A stretch of DNA of 64,000 nucleotides, taken from IMG/VR virus record IMGVR_UViG_3300014781_000001; one strand, written 5' to 3'. The notes beneath the pieces are model-generated. The model searched no databases and was not told where the DNA came from. It worked only from the letters and a program-made list of their open reading frames with translations. Positions 57,501-64,000 of the stretch are shown one piece after another (positions within the stretch are counted from its first letter, which is position 1; the number at the start of each line of letters is the position of its first letter). Made by a program: the position numbers and the translations under genes. Source of the stretch: a virus.

Positions 57501-60500
57501 CGGTACGTGCCGACTGTTCTGATTCTACGTCATTCCAAAACCGATCATTAAATGACAGGTGACCTCCCAACATAAGTGTCTTCAGCGCAGCTTCTCCTCC
57601 AGACTCGCTCTGAATCGTTCTTAATTTTTGCAAAAACGATTCTGATACGGCATTAGTGGCATTATTTGATTCTTTTCTCCAAACTTCATTTATGGCTTGT
57701 ATTTCTTTAGCCATCTTAAGTTGGTCGCCGGTTTTATCTACTCTCCTGGTTCCTACATATATGTATTCTGAAGCCGCCTCCTTACGTTGTTTACGAAGCA
57801 GTCCTTCTTCTTCGTAGTTACTACTCTTATAGTAAGCAACCTCATCAAAATTACCATTGCTATCAATAAAAGGTTGCCTCAATATCCGCTTCTGCCGAGA
57901 AAGAGCATTAAGGTATTCTTTGGTTGTTTGAGAAACCGGATGCCCTAATTCTTCTTCAGCCTTTTTGTATATGGATTCCATTCTTGTGGCATAACTTTCG
58001 CTAAATTCCAGTTCCGAATTTTCAGCATCCCATTTTTCCATCTGTTCCGTATAGATTTTTTCCTGTTCGATAGTAAAAATATCGGTATTAACCCTATCGG
58101 ACGACGGTTTAAATTTAGCGTTCTCAGTAACCGTATTTCCGTCCTTGTCAACTACTTCTCTTTTAAATACGTAATTACGGTTATTGTCAACCACATCATT
58201 GATTTCTTCTTCTGATATCTCTATGTTCATGGCGGTCGCAAACGCTCGCATCTGCGCCAGCTTCTTATTACGATCGTATTTAGCCATATCAAGGGCACTA
58301 CGAAGGTAATTAGAAGTTTTGCCGTCTACTTTCTGAAGCAGTTTTTCAAATTCAGATTTGTTAAAACCATGCTTTTTCGCATATGCCAGAAAATCGGATA
58401 TAGCGGGCTGGGCATTCACCATCGCATTGTAATTGTCTTTGGCAATCATAGCTCCAAGAGCGTTGTTGAACGGGCTGGAAGAATGCTCTAATATACCAAA
58501 CCACCTACTTATCCAAGAAACATCGTGTTGAACCTTATCAAAGAACTCTTTTACTCTCTTTACCTTATCTGCCGGCACATGAAGTTCGTTCATTAACTTG
58601 TCAAGCAACGTACTTTCATCAAGATCTTGTACTGATTTAATATCAGACTGAATACCGTTGATGTCGGCAATGACGGTATTGATCCTATTTGTATAATCCT
58701 GCTTTTCACGTTCATCAAATTCGGTACTTCTGTTACGGATATATCCTCGAAGATCGTTCATGATCGGAAGAACCTGATTGTTGATAATATCTACGTTCTT
58801 TCGATCATTGGTATTGAAGTGAAGCTTGCCGTCTTTGGTATCACCATGAAGGATGGTGTTCACCACATTGCTTAAGTATCTGACCTGAGCTTCGGCTGTG
58901 GAGATCATGCTGTTCATGGCAGCCGCCATCTCATTCTTGTCTATTTCGGTCTCTACCTTATTTATCTTATCTTCTATGGTCTTAAGCTGAGCAAGAGTCA
59001 TAGACGTAGTTACAGCCCTATCAGAGCTTATCTGACGTAAGTCTCTTAAGGTTTTTCTTAGTGATCTGATCTTAGACTCAAGAAACTTGTTCTTGTTCAT
59101 AGAAGAAAGAGAGTATAATGTAAAATCATTATCCTTTAACAGAGAGGTGTCAAATCCTTTATCTATGTCGGTAATAGCAAGATCGCGAATGTTTTTAATA
59201 ACATTATTCAAATCTTGTCTTTGGGTAGATAAAGCTGATTTAAGCCAGCTTACTATTCCAGAGAGAAGCTGCCGGACGCGCCCCAGGAAGGAGGTGGGCT
59301 CTACCGGCGCCTGTGCTGTGCCGGTCTGCATCTCCCTGGCGAGGATCTTTCCAAGAATTTCTCTCCTAACAGCATTATCAAGCTCAGCTCCTTCATATAC
59401 CTTACCGTATGTATTATAATACTGACCTGCATACTGGTTCCACTCTTCCGTACCTTCTACATCTTGCAGAACAGCCTCAACAGCATTCTGATCTCTGTAT
59501 GCCTCTACAAGGAAGTGGGCTGTTTCTTCTACTAAATCAGATAAAGTAGCATCTTCACCAACTGCTATTACGTTATTAGCAATATCCGCCAATGCCTTAG
59601 CAGAAGGTTCATGCCCGTATTTGGTTTGGTACTTCTCTATATAGTCGGTCATACCTATGACACTAACGCCCAGCGTTTTCAGTATCTCAACAATAGAATT
59701 TCGTTGATTACGTTCCTCTTGGCTATAATCCGATACGATCTTAGCTTTAGTATCAGCATAAAGATCGTTGTCTTCTAATATGAATGAAACTACAAGCGCA
59801 TCAAAATGATCGTACTTGGCGTCCAATTCATTGTATCTTCCTGACTTTAGATCGTTCTTTATCTGCTCTTTGCTAACCCTTTCCGTTCCTCCGGTGGCGA
59901 GCCTCATAGTTACCTTACTATTATCCAACGAGCTTATGGTTATCATACCTTGGTCGTTCATGGAAACATCGGAACCAAAATGATTACGGAGCTCAGTGTA
60001 GGATAATGCTGAATTGAAAAGTCTAATTTGTCCTGTATGTCCTTCTCCTGTAATATAATAGCTTCTTGTTTCCGGATCGAATATCTTGGATCCGGACAAA
60101 AGACCTTTCTTTATAAGGTAGTTAATTATACCGCCTTTTGTTGATAAAGAAGTAGAAGCGGAAGCGGTCATGACCGGTATAAAAGACTTGGAATTATTAA
60201 GAACATACTTTCCAGCTTTGTAAGTAATGTCTGCCACGCCATCCCAGGCAGATTCTTGAACGGTGCCGGATAAGAATCCTATTCTAATATCATTCCCGCC
60301 AGAGCGAAGAGCTTCTCCGTAATCTTCAAATAATTGATTACGATCGTTCATGAAAAACAAACGAGGCTCTCCGGTCTGATACGTTACACCCACAGGATTA
60401 GAATCTGTTTCTGGTAACTCTTCTGGACTAAATATCTTAAGACCGTCCTTTATAACCATATAATTAACACCCTTATCCTGTACCATAGATACGGGAGTGA

Positions 60501-60987
60501 AGTCCGAAGATATAGCATCTTGTAGATACTGCCCGGCGTCTATTCCCGATCCTTCCGGTACGGAAATACTTGACGGAACCATAGCATCCACCAACATAAT
60601 ATTATCACCCAGATCTTGGCTGTAAAATCCAAAGCCCGATTCTTGGATTTCATAAGGTGCATCTGATTTTGACACAAGAACAGGATTACTCATCTTAGAA
60701 GCCTTATCCAGTACCCTTTCTCTATAGGCTTCCGGAATAAGATCGATGTTGGATTTCACCTTATTGTAGGCCTGTTTGTTGATAGGCACTCTCTTTCTCC
60801 AGTCGCCAAAAGCCTTTAAGAACTTATTAGAAAATACGGTTTTAAAAACAGTAGTAGCCCGTTCCCTGTTCTCCATAAGAGGAATAGATGCTATTTTATC
60901 AAATAACATAGACCTATCCCCTGATCTGGTAGAGACAGAAACAACTTTCTTTTTATTATCTCTTTTAATAATACACGTTGATGCCAT
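54565..60987 (-). CDS. giant 2140-aa virion-associated protein (possible ejection or tape-measure-like); function unknown
   Basis: Single uninterrupted 6.4-kb ORF. Coiled-coil stretches and a C-terminal hydrophobic segment (YAGTFLIMQAVSMLLAGW). No DxDGD RNA-polymerase motif seen. Confidence 0.55.
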   Translation of the reverse strand: MASTCIIKRDNKKKVVSVSTRSGDRSMLFDKIASIPLMENRERATTVFKTVFSNKFLKAFGDWRKRVPINKQAYNKVKSNIDLIPEAYRERVLDKASKMSNPVLVSKSDAPYEIQESGFGFYSQDLGDNIMLVDAMVPSSISVPEGSGIDAGQYLQDAISSDFTPVSMVQDKGVNYMVIKDGLKIFSPEELPETDSNPVGVTYQTGEPRLFFMNDRNQLFEDYGEALRSGGNDIRIGFLSGTVQESAWDGVADITYKAGKYVLNNSKSFIPVMTASASTSLSTKGGIINYLIKKGLLSGSKIFDPETRSYYITGEGHTGQIRLFNSALSYTELRNHFGSDVSMNDQGMITISSLDNSKVTMRLATGGTERVSKEQIKNDLKSGRYNELDAKYDHFDALVVSFILEDNDLYADTKAKIVSDYSQEERNQRNSIVEILKTLGVSVIGMTDYIEKYQTKYGHEPSAKALADIANNVIAVGEDATLSDLVEETAHFLVEAYRDQNAVEAVLQDVEGTEEWNQYAGQYYNTYGKVYEGAELDNAVRREILGKILAREMQTGTAQAPVEPTSFLGRVRQLLSGIVSWLKSALSTQRQDLNNVIKNIRDLAITDIDKGFDTSLLKDNDFTLYSLSSMNKNKFLESKIRSLRKTLRDLRQISSDRAVTTSMTLAQLKTIEDKINKVETEIDKNEMAAAMNSMISTAEAQVRYLSNVVNTILHGDTKDGKLHFNTNDRKNVDIINNQVLPIMNDLRGYIRNRSTEFDEREKQDYTNRINTVIADINGIQSDIKSVQDLDESTLLDKLMNELHVPADKVKRVKEFFDKVQHDVSWISRWFGILEHSSSPFNNALGAMIAKDNYNAMVNAQPAISDFLAYAKKHGFNKSEFEKLLQKVDGKTSNYLRSALDMAKYDRNKKLAQMRAFATAMNIEISEEEINDVVDNNRNYVFKREVVDKDGNTVTENAKFKPSSDRVNTDIFTIEQEKIYTEQMEKWDAENSELEFSESYATRMESIYKKAEEELGHPVSQTTKEYLNALSRQKRILRQPFIDSNGNFDEVAYYKSSNYEEEGLLRKQRKEAASEYIYVGTRRVDKTGDQLKMAKEIQAINEVWRKESNNATNAVSESFLQKLRTIQSESGGEAALKTLMLGGHLSFNDRFWNDVESEQSARTESNNKASYLKMAQDIISSTTSDRDATDVDSIVKDIEKNKAIIKEIIGNNRDVADIGEINEATFTSSERDAFRAASEAIEADYAILIDYAKMVGLEDIDKYLTKSSKAENEVNQSYLNALADSKEVEWKFVQRHTTAKKAKRIQALRDKLFKAADNRYLFTVSETNYLSEKLGISKELDGRDFRNAVNAKMASLFLNNTREEGIEEANAIVNEFARSQVFSYYKRMAPTGYAAMIDKIGRGEIDVAQMVKDVQNGTSTQDYGMDISYLSFDPARAWVAESEAENSGRNPDYVKDHGYGHRMPKKSLYRDESYLNDFGIKYDADGNEVATKNVEQWNMIQKLKEIKRQSLDLYKEQSPNLYAIPQISKQDIERIEGLGISLKSTVRNFVSDLCLDRVDDSLYGKTRQGEVYDPEDRVRSIPKYYIYELENQDDVSHDFGYSYSMLMMQSSLYNEKQKSIELAQGLEQMLLNKQFEGGKKAEATQAYQMFRDFFNDHYYGIRMNTKKLTVNIGGYTVDLTRIIMAVERFMSVMNLALSPFVAATGALTGHINLIMESAVGQYISKDSLKYASAEFSRLAPSCIAETGDIDRKSKLYVIGERMGIFNIRNRMYGAGYNRAARTLMRSPMYAFMEILNYPLDPQVMIATMDNVRYYKGRFYTFQDFKMEKERGKEQSTIKREWNALKDRTLWSMVDVVDGKVVVKPGSGVTVEEVETQMAITRNQVRSLSQICNGSLNEENRTAASRNWIARFMTAHRGWLVLAAQRLWKRRGFNFQTMQEEEGLSITLKNMIAKTFSLASESGMKNIIDAWNENKDNMNEVEKTNLKRLSVYAGTFLIMQAVSMLLAGWRDDDENEESWLTQFGSYVGFRTINEIASQMPFIMELNVVDIINDPFVMGRKLKDLTDLRNYSLDKVTSGTYKGESKLFRQLAKQTFIKQWYNIKTPEDVARAYNWWQQTNNKSMMFFIGATPDSEGDDDVSYK

Positions 60988-61132
60988 AATAAAACATTTT
61001 TGTTATGTGACAAAGGTAGCTAAAAATCAAGCATGTCATAAAAAATAGAGCCATCTAACTTCTCAGTCCGATGGCTTAAAAATAATATGAAAAAAAAATT
61101 ATAATCTGACGAAAAAAATCGTCAAGTTCAGC

Positions 61133-61456
61133 TTATATGTAATGCATGTACCCATCTCGGTGAATAAACCTTCCCGATTCAAAGCGCTCAATATCTTCAG
61201 GGCAAATAGGGCCCGAATCCTCTCTCCTGGCTTCAAACCAAAGCCCCGGCTTACGAAGTCGGCAAGTTATGATATAGTTGAAGCAATTGTGCGTAAAATG
61301 GAAAACAGATCCTACAGGGAAATACCTATCAGCTTGAAATACGATTCTTTTTCGTTTAGTATCAAACGTGATATCTCCTACTATCTTAGCCACGTAATAG
61401 CTTCTGCCATTTAACGTTTCATCTGTTTGTGGTATCCAATAATAACCTCTTGCCAT
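61133..61456 (-). CDS. hypothetical protein
   Basis: ORF track. Confidence 0.45.
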   Translation of the reverse strand: MARGYYWIPQTDETLNGRSYYVAKIVGDITFDTKRKRIVFQADRYFPVGSVFHFTHNCFNYIITCRLRKPGLWFEARREDSGPICPEDIERFESGRFIHRDGYMHYI

Positions 61457-61664
61457 GCCACAAATATATAAAAAAATCGGACAAGATACATGTCCTACTT
61501 TATATTACTTTGATTCGTTTTCAAACCGCTTTATAAGAGAAGCAATATCATCACCACAAATAAACATCATTCGACGTTCTTCTTTTGGTTTATGAGACAC
61601 TGGGATGGTTTTGTTTATCTTAATCTGATTCGCCAGACCTCTGCCTAAACGAATATCAACTTTT

Positions 61665-61982
61665 TTACCTTTCATGAATTATTTGTTTAAACAGACCAAT
61701 TCCATCTATTATAATATGACCGCTTTGCATACGACCATTATTAGGATTATGTAGAAAATTGAAACCACTTTCTTTTTCCTGTCTTTCAAAAGAACTGATA
61801 TCCTTTCCTCTACGGGCTCTTTCAAAAGCTTTCTTGAACAACTTACCCCTGAAGGTCTTGACGAGGATCTTGGTAGCGTTATTGCCGGCTCTTACCATTG
61901 CTTTCCTTGCCTGGTCCTCCGAGACAAAACTGCTTCGGAAAATATACGATGCTGCTGCTTGTATGTCCTGCTTGGTAATCAT
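61665..61982 (-). CDS. hypothetical basic protein
   Basis: ORF track. Confidence 0.45.
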   Translation of the reverse strand: MITKQDIQAAASYIFRSSFVSEDQARKAMVRAGNNATKILVKTFRGKLFKKAFERARRGKDISSFERQEKESGFNFLHNPNNGRMQSGHIIIDGIGLFKQIIHER

Positions 61983-62329
61983 ATGATAAACATTTCTTTC
62001 AGAATACTGATCTTTATTCCGTATATCAATTTCATCTCATCTCTATCATATACGTCAAAAAAGGATTCACTGGGGTCCTTTGGATTTACGTTCAATTGAA
62101 TTATGCAATTACCAGTATAAACCTTAAGCCTATAATTAGCGGAGTATATATCCTGCATGGTTTCAAATGTCTCAATTAAATTTTCAACAAGTGCTCTGTT
62201 AAATGAAAAAGATTCTTTACCATCACCTTTAAATGTGACATGATCTAAATCCCTGTTGTCAAATTCATAATTTAATTGATTGCCGTCCATCATATCATAA
62301 AATATTGACTTTCTGATTATAAATCCCAT
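61979..62329 (-). CDS. hypothetical protein
   Basis: ORF track. Confidence 0.45.
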   Translation of the reverse strand: MGFIIRKSIFYDMMDGNQLNYEFDNRDLDHVTFKGDGKESFSFNRALVENLIETFETMQDIYSANYRLKVYTGNCIIQLNVNPKDPSESFFDVYDRDEMKLIYGIKISILKEMFII

Positions 62330-62348
62330 ATTGTTTTATTTTTTTTAG

Positions 62349-62654
62349 TTAATACAAATCTTCTGAATACAACTGTTCTCTAATGGCATTCCTATCTACT
62401 ACCATTTCCTGATTATTGTTTCTAACAAGTTCAGACGCTTCCTCTCTTGTTAAAAACCGATTCTTGCTTGTCAAAAATCCTTGAACACTGCGGTTTTTAT
62501 GGGCTATACCGTATGCTGCAAGTTGAGATAGTATAGAGGGGTGTCTCAATCCACAGAACACGGTGCCGGATGGTATATTGGTGGGCTGATAGGGACGCTT
62601 CTTGCCGTCCTGCACCCAGATGGCCGCGCATATTACTATTTCTTTATTATACAT
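62349..62654 (-). CDS. hypothetical protein with weak nucleoside 2-deoxyribosyltransferase/Rcl-like features
   Basis: IVICAAIW...GTVFCGLRHPSI resembles the NDT/DNPH1 N-terminal pattern. This is speculative. Confidence 0.35.
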   Translation of the reverse strand: MYNKEIVICAAIWVQDGKKRPYQPTNIPSGTVFCGLRHPSILSQLAAYGIAHKNRSVQGFLTSKNRFLTREEASELVRNNNQEMVVDRNAIREQLYSEDLY

Positions 62655-62691
62655 GATACGTTTTTCTATTAAATTTATTAAATCCGTTCAT

Positions 62692-63912
62692 TTACTTTAA
62701 TATAATCGGATGCCTCTTCCCTCTAATGAGTTTAAACTTTTTGCGTGAAACATCTTTTGAATTTTCTCCGTTGAAATCCCTGATATTGAAACTCCCTGAT
62801 TTTCTCCTTCCATAAACAAAACATATTTTATTATTATACAACACTTTATCAAACAACCTAAAACCAAAAACCTCAAAAGGAGCTTGATTGTTTTTCTTCT
62901 TCCCCCCTTTTAAAATTTTCATTTTATGTATTTGTCTATTATGTCTACGAATTAAACGTTTTAAATATTGACGTTCGATTCGTTTCGCATTAATATTCTT
63001 AGAAATGACAAACGCGTCGGATGTATGGGATTTTTCAATCCCATATTTAATCCGATTATGTTTCGTAATGTAACCAAACGTCATAAAAACTCTGTCGTAT
63101 CTGGATTTTAACTCTTCATACAACCTCCATTTCATAATTCCCATTACGGCTGCGTCGCGAAGCGACTTGCCTCTTCTGATCTTTAAATCTATATTACCTT
63201 TATGGTATTCTTTGTGACATGTTTCACATAAAGTTATAAGATTAGAAGGGGAATCCCCTCCGGTTTTTCGAGACTCAATATGATGAACATTCAGTATAGA
63301 ATCTTTTGACTTGCCTTTACAATACTGGCATTTATGTCCATCTCTTGCTAAAACATACTCCCTTGTGTTCCAAAACTCAAGTTGATCACCTTCCTGGTAT
63401 TCTTTACCCGATATATTAGGATTCTTAATCTTTTGAGTATCGAATTGAGCTACTTCAATAACAATACGAAATATTGGTAGTATAGAGCATACATTATCAA
63501 TAACACGAATATGGGCGTCTATTTTGTACTTCACCGAAGGTGCTGTCCATCCTGGACGCTTGCTTTTTATTCTATTATTAAAACGAGGTTTTCTATATCT
63601 TAACCTGTTCCGTCTTGCTCTTCGTAGCTCCCTTCTGGTAGACAAAAGATCTACGATATCATTTCTAAGGATCACTTCACTACTGTAAAGTTCTTTGCTT
63701 TTCGTTGTAGCTGATAGACCAACATGCTTAGTTCCAGCATCAACGCCTAAAACAATTTCCTGTTTGTAATCAGATGTGACGTACGTTAATTTGATGGTAA
63801 ACGGACATAAGTTGACAACAACCGCCTTTTTGTCTTTAAGCAGTCGTCTTACCTTACCATGCCTTGTTGTGGGCATCAAAGGTTTACCATTTATGTCTTG
63901 TACGTACACCAT
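62692..63912 (-). CDS. iscB: IscB (OMEGA) RNA-guided RuvC-HNH nuclease
   Basis: N-terminal PLMP motif (NGKPLMPTT). RuvC-I GVDAGTKHVGLSA. Arg-rich bridge helix RRELRRARRNRLRYRKPRF. HNH CQYC...HHIESRKTGGDSPSNLITLCETCHKEYH. RuvC-III-like HTSDAFV. 406 aa in total. Confidence 0.85.
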   Translation of the reverse strand: MVYVQDINGKPLMPTTRHGKVRRLLKDKKAVVVNLCPFTIKLTYVTSDYKQEIVLGVDAGTKHVGLSATTKSKELYSSEVILRNDIVDLLSTRRELRRARRNRLRYRKPRFNNRIKSKRPGWTAPSVKYKIDAHIRVIDNVCSILPIFRIVIEVAQFDTQKIKNPNISGKEYQEGDQLEFWNTREYVLARDGHKCQYCKGKSKDSILNVHHIESRKTGGDSPSNLITLCETCHKEYHKGNIDLKIRRGKSLRDAAVMGIMKWRLYEELKSRYDRVFMTFGYITKHNRIKYGIEKSHTSDAFVISKNINAKRIERQYLKRLIRRHNRQIHKMKILKGGKKKNNQAPFEVFGFRLFDKVLYNNKICFVYGRRKSGSFNIRDFNGENSKDVSRKKFKLIRGKRHPIILK

Positions 63913-64000
63913 ATCTACAAACGTTTTTAATGTTTATTCAACATAAGTCAGAGTAAAACTCTGTTAGTACCCATCGCCAATGTTATTTAAGGTTTTTAGT
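63913..64000 (-). ncRNA. 3' part of the putative IscB omega-RNA (truncated by the window end)
   Basis: In IscB loci the omega-RNA lies directly upstream of and abuts the iscB start. The conserved 36-mer also found at 44.2 kb lies 48 nt upstream of the ATG. Confidence 0.4.

Noticed and set aside
54928-59419. Multiple 60-150-aa + strand ORFs (e.g. 55177-55446, 56464-56919, 59087-59419)
   Set aside because: All are embedded antisense within the 6.4-kb minus-strand ORF and have odd composition. They are most likely spurious.
54565-60987. Giant protein as a crAss-like virion RNA polymerase
   Set aside because: No DxDGD / two-barrel catalytic motif was found on reading the translation.
44199-63996. 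36-bp inverted repeats as the crossover sites of an invertible 19.7-kb segment
   Set aside because: No invertase or recombinase gene is visible in the window. The iscB-proximal copy sits exactly where the omega-RNA 3' end is expected. An omega-RNA relationship is the simpler explanation, though inversion is not excluded.

Overview
The window reads as a 64-kb piece of a large tailed dsDNA phage, or prophage, of a Bacteroidetes host, which I inferred from sequence alone. It is AT-rich, has Bacteroidales-type lipoprotein and OMP signal peptides, and packs overlapping small genes almost all on the + strand up to 52.9 kb. Past 52.9 kb the coding strand switches to minus. The order along the window is as follows.

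- **0-8 kb:** an SSB-like protein, dUTPase, a tRNA cluster (Met-Gln-Arg-Cys), a HAD phosphatase, a DHH phosphoesterase, and an iteron/palindrome-rich putative origin region.
- **9-24.6 kb:** about 35 tiny early ORFs interspersed with GC-rich structured intergenic elements.
- **24.6-31.6 kb:** an accessory island with a frameshifted OMP, a lipoprotein, an IS1595 transposase, a GC-rich gene fragment, an ABC-like ATPase and a small methyltransferase.
- **32-52.9 kb:** the replication and recombination module (two PD-(D/E)xK nucleases, primase, DnaB-like helicase, SF2 helicase), plus an ACP/NfeD/SPFH-flotillin trio, a MazG-like protein and a KilA-N protein.
- **52.9-64 kb:** two putative tail-fibre paralogs (one with a G10 tract), a 2140-aa virion protein, four small genes, and an IscB (OMEGA) RNA-guided nuclease whose upstream omega-RNA region runs off the window end.

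The most notable signals are three.

1. IscB, plus a near-identical 36-bp copy of the sequence just upstream of iscB. The copy sits inverted 19.7 kb away, inside a 530-bp structured non-coding gap that precedes a Cas4-like nuclease. I read it as a candidate orphan or trans omega-RNA.
2. A family of at least seven hairpins with a conserved loop (GYCTGYGAAGRT) and co-varying stems. Three of them are paired with a tRNA-T-arm-like box just upstream of small genes.
3. Two homopolymer tracts that break or threaten reading frames: A8 in the OMP and G10 in the tail-fibre gene.
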